Below, piece after piece: positions 12,192 to 24,492 of a stretch of 64,000 nucleotides of DNA (the stretch's first letter is position 1; the number at the start of each line of letters is the position of its first letter). Position numbers and translations under genes: made by a program. The notes under the pieces are model-generated. The model was given only the letters and a program-made list of their open reading frames with translations. It was not told the DNA's origin and made no database searches. The stretch is from Leucoraja ocellata (lineage: Eukaryota), in contig JAWMAR010000471.1 of assembly GCA_036785375.1 (NCBI GenBank), forward strand, positions 62,001 through 126,000, read 5' to 3'.

Positions 12192-13049
12192 GGGTTTAGA
12201 GCGCAGTAATACATCGCCGAGTCTCGGAGCCGCGTTTGTGACACCGTCAGCGGGACCGTTCCTGTCGAATGGTCGTGCTCCGCAGTAAAACGGTCCCCGG
12301 CATTGTTCTTCTCGCCGCCTTTGTATGTCGTTCTGAGCAGCAGAAACTCAAGGGATCCGCCGGGATACTGACGGTACCAGATTAGTCCAGGATTGGTCGA
12401 GCTTGTAGCTGTATAGTTGCAGCTCAATTTTGTATCATCCCCTTCACTCACTGTAACCGTTGCCGGTGTCTGAGAAACGGCGTCGCCTCGACAATTCCCT
12501 GCAAGAGACCGGGGATAAATAACACAACATCACCTAATTCAGCTCATACTTCAGAACACCCCTCATCCTGATACTGATATGAGGTGCAATTACATCAAAC
12601 ATAACCCTCCCCAAAAAGCTAAATAAAGATGGGCGGAAAGGCGCTGGGAATTACCGAATAAATTTATCTTTAAAGATAATCCAACCCGTTCCATCGGACT
12701 GGACGTCATTATTGCTTCCGGGGAGGAAGGGGGAAATCGTAGATCACTCGTACGTGAACCACCGGTGTGTTCACACTCTCCGATGCTTCACCATCGCGGC
12801 TGCTTTCCAACAATTAATCTGGAAAGGCACCGCGAATTTCCGAACATCAATTACTGTGAAACTACATGTTTTTTCCTAATGTGCTCTGCGATTACTGTCC
12901 TCATACGTACTCCCTTTCTAAAGTTGTTGTGTTGCATTCAAGGAATTTGGTTGATTAAATATCATGCCCTACAGTATTGGAAACGTGCTGAATTTACCGA
13001 TTAAGAGAGCTGCAGCTGTAAGAAGCCAATACATCAGCAAGGCCAGCAT
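12192..13049 (-). CDS. TCR alpha/delta V segment A7
   Basis: Leader 13049-12998 (donor GTAAAT); V exon 12498-12192; RSS CACGGTG-23-ACATAAACT (variant nonamer, 12161-12153). Confidence 0.88.
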
Positions 13050-13642
13050 GTTGTAATTGCATTGAGAGTGAATATGAACTGAAATGGTCTCACCCGGAAA
13101 CAGGTTTAATCTGATATTGTAAAAGAGCTGTGGTCGATGTTCTTCATTCATTGGCTTATCCTTGACAGCGTCACGTCCCGTCGGCGCGGAGATAATTTGT
13201 TCTCCAACTCCACTCAGTTTCGTATATTCTGCCAATCACATCACAACTTTTGTTGCCCAATCATTTCAAACCTTCTTTGTTTTCTGTTCCATGACGTCAC
13301 AGGAGAGACAAGGCCGGAAGTACAATATATAATTAGATTAGATTAGATTAGATTCAACTTTATTGTCATTGCACATTTACAGTACAACGAAATGGTTTAA
13401 CCGAGCTGTCATAACATAGATTAAAATAACAAAACACACACTCAACACAGTTAGCTATTCTGCAACCCAATTATAATGTTTTTTTAATATTTAAAAATCG
13501 TGTATTAATGACAGCAAACACACTGGCGTTGTGACGGGTGCAGCAATCATCAAGGGCGCGCCGATGCTGACAAACGCGCTGCAAACTGACGGGGATCTCT
13601 GATAGTTTTTGTACAGGATCAGCCCAATTGTGCGCCACCGTG

Positions 13643-14500
13643 GGGTTCAGAGCGCAGTAATACGTCGCCGAGTCTCGGAGCCGCGTTTGTGACAGCGTCA
13701 GCGGGACCGTTCCTTTCGAATGGTTGAGCTCAGCAGAGAAACGGTCCCCGGCATTGTTCTTCGGGGCGGCTTCGTATTTCATTCTGAGCAGCAGAAACTC
13801 AAGGGATCCGCCGGGATACTGACGGTACCAGATAAGACCAGGATTGTCCGAGCTTGTAGCTGTATAGTTGCAGCTCAACTGTGCGTCATCCCCTTCACTC
13901 ACTGTAACCGTTGCCGGTGTCTGAGAAACGGCGTCGCCTCGACAATTCCCTGAAAGAATCCGGGGATAAATAACAAAACATCACCTAATTCAGCTCATAT
14001 TTTAGAATATCCCTCATCCTGATACTGATATGAGGTACAATGACATCAAACATACCCCTCCCCTAAAAGCTAAATAAAGATGGGCGGGAAGGCGCTGGGA
14101 ATTACCAAATAAATTTATCTTTAAAGATAATCCAACCCGTTTCATCGCACTGGAAGTCGTTATTGCTTCCTGGGTGTAAGAAGGGAATCGTAGATCTCTC
14201 GTGCGTGAACCTCCGGTGTGTTCTAACTCGAAGATGCTTCTCCGTCGGCGCTGCTTTCCAACAATTAACCTGGAAAGGCACCGCGAATTTCCGAACATCA
14301 ATTACTGTGAAACTGCATCTTTTTCCCCAATGTGCTCTGCGTTTACTGGCCTCATACGGACTCCCTTTCTAAAGTCGTTGAGTTGCATTCAAGGTATTTG
14401 GTTGATTAAATATCATGCCCTCCAGTATTGGAATCGTGGAGAACTTACCGGTTAAGATAGCTGCAGCTGTAAGAAGCCAATACATTGTCAAGGCCAGCAT
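13643..14500 (-). CDS. TCR alpha/delta V segment A8
   Basis: Leader 14500-14449; V exon 13949-13643; RSS CACGGTG(13642-13636)-23-ACAAAAACT. Confidence 0.92.
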
Positions 14501-15314
14501 GTTGTAATTGCATTGAGAGTGAATATGAACTGAAATGGTCTCACCCGGAAACAGGTTTAAACTGATATTGTGAAAGAGCTGTGGTCTGGGTTCTTCATTC
14601 ATTGGCTTATTCGAGACAGCGTCACATCCTGTCTGCGCGGAGCTAATTTGTTCTCCAACTCCCCGAATTCACTCAGTTTCTTAATTCCGCCGCCAATCAC
14701 ATCACTGCTTTTGTTGCCCAATCATCTCACACCTCCTTTCTTTTCTGTTCCAGGGCGTCACAGGAGGAGCAAGGCCGGAAGTACAATATATAATTAGATT
14801 AGATTAGATTACATTCAACTTTATTGTCATTGCACATTTACAGTACAAAGAAATGGTTTAACCGAGCTGGCGTAACATAGAATAAAATAACAAAACACAC
14901 ACTCAACACAGTTTTAACATCCACCACAGCTAGTCTAACAGGCACCTGCTCACTGTGATGGAAGGCAAAAGTCCCAAAGTCCTTGTAATGAACAAAATGC
15001 AATAAATTAACAACCAGGTCCATGTGCATAAGATGCATGAAGTGCTTAATGCAACCGAAGACATTTCATAGTTCATCTTTTAGTGCTGTGTAGTGTTCAA
15101 AAACCTAATATTTTTTGTTGGAAGCTATTCGTCAACCCAATTATCATGGGAGGTTTTCATATTTAAAAATCGTGTATTAATGACAGCAAACACACTGGCG
15201 TTGGGACGGGTGCAGCAATCATCAAGGGCGCGTCGATGCTGACAAACGCGCTGCAAACTGACGTGCATCTCTGATAGTTTTTGTACAGACTCAGCCCAAT
15301 TCTGCGCCACCGTG

Positions 15315-16172
15315 GGGTTCATAGCGCAGTAATGCATCGCCGAGTCTCGGAGCCGCGTTTGTGACACCGTCAGCGGGACCGTTCCTGTCGAATGGTTGAG
15401 CTCCGCAGTAAAACGGTCCCCGGCATTGTTCTTCTCGCCGTCTTGGTATTTCGTTCGGAGCAGCAGAAACTCAAGGGATCCGCCGGGATACTGACGGTAC
15501 CAGATTAGTCCAGGATTGGTCGTGCTTGTAACTGTATAGTTGCAGCTCAATTTTGTATCATCCCCTTCACTCACTGTAACCGCTGCCGGTGTCTGGGAAA
15601 CGTCGTCGCCTCGACAATTCCCTGCAAGAGACCGGGGATAAATAACACAATATCACCCAACTCAGCTCATATTTCAGAATGCCCCTCATCCTGATACTGA
15701 TATGAGGTACAATGACATCAAACATACTCTTCCCCAAAAAGCTAAATAAAGATGGGCGGAAAGGAGCTGGGAAATGCCTAATTGATTCATCTTTAAAGAT
15801 AATCCAACCCTTCCATCGGACTGGACGTAGTTATTGCTTCCGGGGAGGAAGGGGGAAATCGTAGATCACTCGTGCGTGAACCACCGGTGTGCTCTAACTC
15901 TACGATGCTTCACCATCGCGGCTGCTTTCCAACAATTAACCTGGAAACTCACCTCGAATTTCCGAACATCAATTATTGTGAAACTGCATCGTTTTCTCCG
16001 AATGTGCTCTGCGTTTACTGTCGCCATACGGACTCATTTTCTAAAGTCGTTATGTAGCATTCAAGGTATTTGGTTGAATAAATATCATGCCCTACATTAT
16101 TGGAAACGTGGTGAACTTACCGGTTAAGAGAGCTGCAGCTGTAAGAAGCCAATACATTGTCTAGGCCATCAT
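15315..16172 (-). pseudogene. TCR V segment A9, stop at leader codon 4 (possible rescue by second ATG)
   Basis: Leader reads ATG ATG GCC TAG ACA ATG TAT TGG; V exon 15621-15315 open (MHYC instead of MYYC); RSS CACGGTG(15314-15308)-23-ACAAAAACT. Confidence 0.7.
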
Positions 16173-16976
16173 GTTGTAATTGCATTGAGAGTGAATATGA
16201 ACTGAAATGGTCTCACCCGGAAACAGGTTTAATCTGATATTGTGAAAGGAGTGTGGTCGATGTTCTTCATTCATTGTCTTATTCGTGACAGCGTCATATC
16301 CTGTCTGCGCGGAGCTAATTTGTTCACCAACTCCCCGAAGTTTCTTAATTCTGCCAATCACATCACAGCTTTTGGTGCCCAATCATCTCAAACCTCCTTT
16401 ACGTACTGTTCCATGACGACACAGGAGGGGCAAGACCGGAAGTACAATATATAATTAGATTAGATTAGATTAGATTCAACTTTATTGTCATTGCACATTT
16501 ACAGTACAAAGAAATGGTTTAACCGAGCTGTCATAACATAGAATAAAATAGCAAAACACACACTCAACACAGTTTTAACATCCACCACAGTGAGTCCACC
16601 AGGCACCTCCTCAGTGTGATGGAAGGCAAAAGTTCCAAAGTCCTTGCAATAAACAAAATGTAATCAATTATCAACCAGGTCCATGTGCATAACATGCATG
16701 ACGTGCTTAATGCAACCGAATACTTTCCACAGTTCATCTTTTAGTGCGGTGCAGGGCTCAAACACCTAATATTTGTTTGTTAGAAGCTATTCTTCAACCC
16801 AATTACCATGGGGTTTTTTCATATTTAAAAATCGTGTATTAATGACAGCAAACACACTGGCGTTGGGACGGGTGCAGCAATCAACAAGGGCGCGCAGATG
16901 CTGACAAACGCGCTGCAAACTGACGGGGTACTCTGGTAGTTTTTGTACAGGCTCAGCCCAATTGTGCGCCACCGTG

Positions 16977-17838
16977 GGGGTTAGAGCGCAGTAATACATC
17001 GCCGAGTCTCGGAGCCGCGTTTGTGACACCGTCAGCGGGACCGTTCCTGTCGAATGGTTGAGCTCAGCAGAAAATCGCGCCCCGGCATTGTTCTTCTCAC
17101 CGCCTTTGTATGTCGTTCTGAGCAGCAGAAATTCAAGGGATCCGCCGGGATACTGACGGTACCAGATTAGTCCAGGAGTGATCGAGCTTGAAGATGTATA
17201 GTTGCAGCTCAATTTTGTATCCTCCCCTTCACTCACTGTAACCGCTGCCGGTGTCTGGGAAACGGCGTCGCCTCGACAATTCCCTGCAAGAGTCCGGGGA
17301 TAAATAATACAACATCACCTAATTCAGCTCATATTTCAGAATACCCCTCATCCTGATACTGATGTGAGATACAATGACATCAAACATACCCCTCCCCAAA
17401 AGCTAAATAAATATGGGCGGAAATGCGCTGGGAATTACCGACTAAATTTATCTTTAAAGATAATCCAACCGGTTCCATCGGATTGGACGTCGTTACTCCA
17501 TCCGGGGTGTGAAAATGGGAATCGTAGATCACTCGTGCGTGAACCACCGGTGTGTTCTAACTCTACGATGCTTCTCCATTGGCGCTGCTTTCCAACAATT
17601 AACCCGGAAACTCACCTTAAATTTCCGAACATCAATTACTGTGAAACGGCATCTTTTTTCCTAATGTGCTCTGCGTTTACTGTCGTCATACGGACGGACT
17701 CCCTTTCTAAAGTCGTTGTGTTGCATTCAAGGTATTTGGTTGAATAAATATCGTGCCCTACAGTATTGGAAACGTGGTGAACTTACCGGTTAAGAGAGCT
17801 GCAGCTGTAAGAAGCCAATACATTGTCAAGGCCAGCAT
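16977..17838 (-). CDS. TCR alpha/delta V segment A10
   Basis: Leader 17838-17787; V exon 17283-16977; RSS CACGGTG(16976-16970)-23-ACAAAAACT. Confidence 0.92.
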
Positions 17839-18048
17839 GTTGTAATTGCATTGAGAGTGAATATGAACTGAAATGGTCTCACCCGGAAACAGGTTTAATC
17901 TGATATTGTGAAAGGGGTGTGCTCTAGGCTCTTCAATCATTGACTTATTCTTGACAACGTCACATCCCGTCGGCGCAGAGCTAATTTGTTCTCCAACTCC
18001 CCGAATTCACTGAGTTTCTTAATTCCGCCAATCACATCACTGCTTTTG

Positions 18049-18416
18049 TAAGTAAGTAATTTTATTGGCCAAGTATTCACATACAAGGATTATGCCTTGG
18101 AGCTCCACCCACACGTAACAACATAACATACAGTGACAGTTACGAATACCTCAGAAAACACTAAACATTGATAATAATAAAACGTTCATGATAAAACACC
18201 ATTGATCAAGCATGTGAACCAACAAACTACCAGATAAAAGGGAGGCTACAGATATTTGGCTGTTGAGTAGAGTAACTACTCGTGGATAAAAACTGTTTTT
18301 ATGTCTGGCTGTGGCAGCTTTGACAGTCCGGAGTCGCCTTCCTGGGGGAAGTGATTCAAATAGTTTGTCGCCAGGGTGAGAGGGGTCAGAGATGATCTTG
18401 CCCGCTCGCTTCCTCT
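18049..18416 (-). mobile_element. Rex1/Babar-like LINE 3' fragment in A10 promoter (same insertion as 8120-8487)
   Basis: Same breakpoints as 8120-8487 and near-identical sequence. Confidence 0.8.
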
Positions 18417-18774
18417 TGTTGCCCAATCATCTCAAACGTCCTTTGTTTTCTGCTCCATGACGTCACAGGAGGGGCAAGATCTGAAATATAATATACAATA
18501 AACAAATTTCAATAAATAAACAGCAACATTCATGTACACGAAAGGCATGAAGTGCTTAGTGCAACCGAAGACAGTTCATTGCTCATCTGTTACTGCTGTG
18601 TAATGTTCAGGGACCTAATGTTTAAATATGAGAAGCTGCTGGTACATACAGGCGGTGGGACGGATGCTGCATTCAGCGAGGAAGGGCCGACGCTGACACA
18701 GATCCACGCGCTGATACGTGACTGGGTGCGCTTGGTGTTTTTGTACAGGCTCAGCCCAATTCTGCGCCTCCGTG

Positions 18775-19632
18775 GGGCTCACAGCGCAGTAATACAACGC
18801 CGAGTCTCGGAGCCGCGTTTGTGACACCGTCAGCGGGACCGTTCCTGCCAAAAGGTCGAGCTCCGCAGAGAAGCGTTCACCGGCATTGTTCTTCGGGGCG
18901 ACTTCGTATTTCATTCTGAGCAGCAGAAATTCAAGGGATCCGCCGGGATACTGACGGTACCAGATAAGACCAGGATTGTCCGAGCTGGTAGCTGTATAGC
19001 TGCAGTTCAACTGTGCGTCATCCCCTTCACTCACTGTAAACGCTGCTGGTGTCTGAGAAACGGCGTCGCCTCGACAATTACCTGCAAGAGTCCGGGGATA
19101 AATAACACAACATCACCTAATTCAGCTCATACTTCAGAATAACCCTCATCCTGATACTGATATGAGGTACAATGACATCAAACATACCCCTCCCCAAAAA
19201 GCTAAATAAAGATGGGCGGAAAGGAGCTGGGAATTACGGAATAAATTTATCTTTAAAGATTATACAACCCGTTCCATCGGACTGGACGTCGTTGTTGCTT
19301 CCGGGGAGGAAGGGGGAAATCGTAGATCACTCGTGCGTGAACCACCGGTGTGTGCACACTCTCCGATGCTTAACCATTGCGGCTGCTTTCCAACAATTAA
19401 CCTGGAAACTCACCTCGAACTTCCGAACATCAATTACTGTGAAACTGCATCTTTTTTCCTAATGTGCTCTGCGTTTACTGGCCTCATACGGACTCCCTTT
19501 CTAAAGTCGTTGTGTTGCATTCAAGGTATTTGGTTGATTAAATATCGTGCCCTACATTATTGGAAACGTGGTGAACTTACCGGTTAAGAGAGCTGCAGCT
19601 GTAAGAAGCCAATACATTGTCAAGGACAGCAT
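18775..19632 (-). CDS. TCR alpha/delta V segment A11
   Basis: Leader 19632-19581; V exon 19081-18775; RSS CACGGAG(18774-18768)-23-ACAAAAACA. Confidence 0.92.
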
Positions 19633-20432
19633 GTTGTAATTGCAATGAGAGTGAATATGAACTGAAATGGTCTCACCCGGAAACAGGTTTAATCTGATAT
19701 TGTGAAAGGGTCGATGTTCTTCATTCATTGGCTTATTCTTGACAACGTCACATCCCGTCGGCGCGGTGCCAATTTGTTCTCCAACTCCCCGAATTCACTT
19801 AGTTTCTTAATTCCGCCAATCACATCACTGCTTTTGCTGCCCAATCATCTCACACCTCCTTTGTTTCCTGGTCCAATTACGTCACAGGAGGGGCAAGGCC
19901 GGAAGTGCAATATATAATTAGATTAGATTAGATTAGATTCAACTTTATTGTCACTGCACATTTACAGTACAACGAAATGGTTTAACCGAGCTGTCATAAC
20001 ATAGAATAAAATAACAAAACACACACTCAACACAGTTTCAACATCCACCACAGTGAGTCCACCAGGCACCTCCTCACTGTGAAGGAAGGCAAAAGTCCCA
20101 AAGTCCTTGTAATAAACAAAATTCAATAAATTAACAACTAGGTCCATGTGCAGAAGATGCATGAAGTGCTTAATGCAACCGAATACATTTCATAGTTCAT
20201 CTTTTAGTGCTGTGTAGTGTTCAAGAACCTAATATTTGCTTGTTAGAAGCTATTCTTCAACCCAATTATCATGGGGGATTTTAATATTTAAAAATCGTGT
20301 ATTAATGACAGCAAACACACTGGCGTTGGGACGGGTGCAGCAATCAACATGGGCGCGCCGAAGCTGACAAACGCGCTCACTGGCATCTCTGCTAGTTTTT
20401 GTACAGACTCAGCCCAATTCTGTGCCACCGTG

Positions 20433-21290
20433 GGGTTCAGAGCGCAGTAATACATCGCCGAGTCTCGGAGCCGCGTGTGTGACACCGTCAGCGGGACCGT
20501 TCCTGTCGAATGGTTGAGCTCCGCAGAGAAACGTTCCCCGGCATTGTTCTTCTCGCCGCCTTTGTATTTCATTCTGAGCAGCAGAAACTCAAGGGATCCG
20601 CCGCGATACTGACGGTACCAGATTAGTCCAGGATTGCTTGTGCTTGTAGCTGTATAGTTGCAGTTCAATTTTGTATCCTCCCCTTCACTCACTGTAACCG
20701 CTGCCGGTGTTTGAGAAACGGCGTCGCCTCGACAATTCCCTGCAAGAGTCCGGGGATAAATAACACAACATCATCTAATTCAGCTCATACTTCAGAATAT
20801 CCCTCATCCTGATACTGATATGAGGTACAATGACATCAAACATACCCCTCCTCTAAAAGCTAAATAAAGATGGGCGGAAAGGCGCTGGGAATTACCGAAT
20901 AAATTTATCTTTAAAGATAATACAACCCGTTCCATCGTCCAAGACATCGCTATTGCATCCGGAGAGGAAGGGGGAAATCGTAGATCACTCGTGCGTGAAC
21001 CACCGGTGTGTTCTAACTCTACGATGCTTCTCCGTCGGCGCTGCTTTCCAACAATTAACCTGGAAACTCACCTCAAATTTCCGAACATCAATTACTGTGA
21101 AACTGCATCTTTTTTCCCAATGTGCTCTACGTTTACTGTCCTCATACGGACTCCCTTTCTAAAGTCGTTGTGTTGCATTCAAGGTATTTGGTTGATTAAA
21201 TATCGTGCCCTACATTATTGGAAACATCGTGAACTTACCGGTTAAGAGAGCTGCAGCTGTAAAAAGCCAATACATTGTCAATGAAAGCAT
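20433..21290 (-). CDS. TCR alpha/delta V segment A12
   Basis: Leader 21290-21239; V exon 20739-20433; RSS CACGGTG(20432-20426)-23-ACAAAAACT. Confidence 0.92.
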
Positions 21291-21502
21291 GTTGTAATTG
21301 CATTGAGAGTGAATATGAACTGAAATGGTCTCATCCGGAAACAGGTTTAATCTGATATTGTGAAAGAGAAGTGGTCTAGGTTCTTCATTCATTGACTTAT
21401 TCTTGACAGCGTCACATCCCGTCGGCGCGGAGCTAACTTGTTCTCCAACTCCCCGAAGTTTCTGAATTCCGCCAATCACATCACTGCTTCTGTTGCCCAA
21501 TC

Positions 21503-22119
21503 ATAGACAATAGGCAATAGACAATGGGTGCAGGAGAAGGCCATTCGGCCCTTCCAACCAACACCGCCATTCAATGTGATCATGGCTGATCATCCCCAAT
21601 CAGTACCCCGTCCCGGTCTTGTCTCCATAACACCTGACTCCGCTATTTTAAGAGCCCTATCTAGCTCTCTCTTGAAAGTATCCACATAACCTGCCCCACC
21701 CCTAAAGCAGAGAGTTCCACAGACTCACCACTCACTGTGAGAAAAAGTGTTTCCTCGTCTCCGTTCTAAATGGCTTATTCCTTATACTTAAACTGTGGCC
21801 CTTGGTTCTGGACTCCTCCAACATCGGTAACATGTTTCCTGCCTCTAGCTTGTCCATGCCCTTAACAATCTTATATGTTTCAATAAGATTTCCTCTCATC
21901 CTTCTAAATTCCAGAGTGTACAAGCCCAGCTGCTCCATTCTCTCAGCATATGACAGCCCCATCGTCCCGGCAATTAACCTTGTAAACATACGCTGCACTC
22001 CCTCAATAGCAAGAATGTCCTTCCCCAAATTAGGGGACCAAAACTGCACACAATACTCCAGGTGTGGTCTCACTAGGGCTCTGTACAACTGCAGAAGGAC
22101 CTCTTTGCTCCTGTATTCG
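21503..22119 (-). mobile_element. CR1-type LINE 3' fragment between A13 RSS and A12 promoter
   Basis: LYRALVRPHLEYCVQFWSP...RMRGNLIETYKI peptide. Confidence 0.88.
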
Positions 22120-22176
22120 CTTTCTTCACTTTCTGGCAGTTTTTGTACAGGCTCAGCCCAATTATGCGCCTCCGTG

Positions 22177-22913
22177 GGCCTCAGAGCGCAGTAATACATC
22201 GCCGAGTCTCGGAGCCGCGTTTGTGACACCGTCAGCGGGACCGTCCCTGTCGAATCGTCGAGCTCCGCAGAGAAACGTTCCCCGGCATTGTTCTTCGGCG
22301 CGGGTTCGTATTTAGTTCTGAACAGCAGAAACTCAAGGGATCCGCCAGGATACTGACGGTACCAGATTAGTCCAGGGCTGCTGGTACCTGTAGCTGTATA
22401 GCTGCAATTCAACTGGGCACCATCCCCTTCATTCACTGTTACCGCTGCCGGTGTCTGAGAAACGGCGTCGCCTCGACAATGCCCTGCAAGAGCCAGGGGA
22501 CGAAATTAAATTAAATTATATTATCGCAATATGTTCACACTGGAGAATGCCCCATATCTTGGTACTGAGTGGAGTGACAACAGCAGCAAATAATACTCTC
22601 CCCTAAAACCCACATCAATGTGGCGGGAGCGCGCTGGATATTACTGAATTAAATTGTCTTTAAAAAGATCATTTACCCCTTTCCATTGCCCTCTGCTCGC
22701 CATCATTCTGTCTTGGGAGGGGGAAAAGATAATATTTTAACACTCGGCCGTAGAACATGGGGGTGATTCCCTTTCTTAAGTCATTCTATTGCATTCAAAC
22801 TAGTTTGAGTTAATATCATGCCCCGTAGTAATATACAGGCTCGGAAACGCCGTGAACCTACCGGTTAAGAGAGCTGCAGCCGCGAGAAGTGAATAAATAA
22901 TCACGGCCAACAT
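22177..22913 (-). CDS. TCR alpha/delta V segment A13 (divergent family A member)
   Basis: Leader 22913-22862 MLAVIIYSLLAAAALLT|GTAGGT; 378-bp intron; V exon 22483-22177; RSS CACGGAG(22176-22170)-23-ACAAAAACT. Confidence 0.9.
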
Positions 22914-23318
22914 GTTGTGATTGCTTTGAGAGTGAATATGAACTGAAATGGTCTCATCGGGAAATAGGTTTAATCGGATATTGTGGAAGAGATGTGGTCT
23001 AGGCTCTCTATTCATTGGTTTAGTTTTGACGACAGCACATCCTCTCGGAACAGAGAGCATGTGTTCTCCAACCCCCCCCCCCCCCCCCCCCCTCCCCGAT
23101 TCCGCCAATCACCTCACAGCTTCTCCGTTGCCAATCATCTCAAGCCTCCTCTGTTTTCTGAAGACACAAATAATGTCATACACAAGGAAGGGCAGATGCT
23201 GGTTGACAAAATGTGAACACACAGTGCTGGAGTAACACAAAGACGCAGCATAATTTTGGAAACGGCATCCCGTCACCCATTCCTTCTCTGCAGAGATGCT
23301 GCCTGCCCTGCTGAGTTA

Positions 23319-23606
23319 AAGACTGCCCACGGCAGACTCACGAGTCACTACGGTAAACTCACGGGCTACTACGTACTTACAACGAGTTTAAAAGTTTAAT
23401 TTTTTTACTTCAAGAGTAAATTTGACTCGTAGAAATCTTTCATCATGTTGAAAGATTTTTCTGAGTTAACAAGTTTCCCGAGTACCTGCCGTTAGCGTTA
23501 CGAGTTCCGGCGTTCCCGTTACGTTAACTCTACGTGATTACCACGAGTTTGATTTGCTTTACACTCGGGATCACACGTGGGTGGACTGGCACCGTGAGAC
23601 AGAGCC
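23319..23606. mobile_element. Degenerate non-autonomous DNA-transposon-like repeat
   Basis: Internal CGAGTT/ACTCG sub-repeats in both orientations; weak terminal inverted similarity. Confidence 0.35.
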
Positions 23607-23610
23607 ATGT

Positions 23611-23695
23611 TGACGGAACCAGATTAGTCCAAGATAGCTCGTGATTGTAGCTGTGTAGTTGCAATTCAACGGTGCGACATCGCCTCCACTCACTA
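23611..23695 (-). pseudogene. Family A V relic (FR1-CDR1-Trp only)
   Basis: Translates VSGGDVAPLNCNYTATITSYLGLIWFRQ; flanked by TE fragments. Confidence 0.8.
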
Positions 23696-23871
23696 TTTTG
23701 TCCGAGCCAGGTTTAATAGCCTGATGGCTATGGGGAAGTAGCTATTCCTGAGCCTGGTTGTTGCAGTCCTCAGGCTCCTGTCATTCTACCTGAAGGTAGC
23801 AGGGAGATGAGTGTGTGGCCAGGATGGTGTGGGTCTTTGATGATACTGCCAGCCTCTTTGAGGCAGCGACC
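23696..23871 (-). mobile_element. Rex1-like LINE 3' fragment
   Basis: Matches 44120-44300; peptide CLKEAGSIIKDPHHPGHTLISLLPSGR. Confidence 0.75.
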
Positions 23872-24055
23872 TACCGGCCCACAATGTCCGCGCCAAACAT
23901 GATGTCCAGTTAAACTGATTATTTCTGCCGGCATCTCATTAATATGCCTCCATTCCCCGGATATTTTGTGACTAACTAAAGCCGCTATTACTTTCAACGG
24001 ATCAAAGGTAACCACACAGAGACGTGTGGATGGGAAATTGGGTTGTTTTCCATTT

Positions 24056-24492
24056 ACATAGAAACATAGAAAATAGGTGCAGGAGGAGGCCATTCGGCCC
24101 TTCGAGCCAGCACCGACATTGATTGTGATCATGGCTGATCGTCCCCTATCAATAACCCGTGCCTGCCTTCTCCACATATCCCTTGACCCAACTAGCCCCT
24201 AGAGCTCTATCTAACTTTCTCTTAAATCCATCCAGTGACTTGGCCTCCACTGCCCTCTGTGGCAGGGAATTCCCTAAATTCACAACTCTCTGGGTGAAAA
24301 CGTTTTTCTCACTTCAGTCTTAAATGACCACCCCTTTATTCTAAGACTGTGCCCCTGGTTCTGGACTCGCCCAACTTTGGGAACATTTTTCCTGCCTCTA
24401 GCTTGTCCAGTCCTTTTTTTTAAAATTGTATATGTCTCTTTTGAGAACCCCTCATCCTTCTAAACTCGAGTGAATACACGCCTAGTCTTTTC
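24056..24492 (-). mobile_element. CR1-type LINE 3' fragment
   Basis: Tail acatagaaacatagaaaataggtgcagg plus RT C-terminal remnant. Confidence 0.85.

Noticed and set aside
1387-21500. Recurrent small ORFs (MREPPVC.., MHLMHMD.., MGNKS..)
   Set aside because: They recur only because the tandem unit is duplicated, and the frames break between copies. The only real coding part is the 17-codon leader.
21732-22436. 234-aa 'V-domain/RT fusion' ORF
   Set aside because: Chance in-frame read-through from the A13 V exon across its RSS into a CR1 fragment. Rearrangement would separate the two, and there is no sign of selection.
1-23000. CRISPR-like or satellite array
   Set aside because: The repeat units are ~1.7-kb eukaryotic gene duplications, not repeat-spacer arrays.
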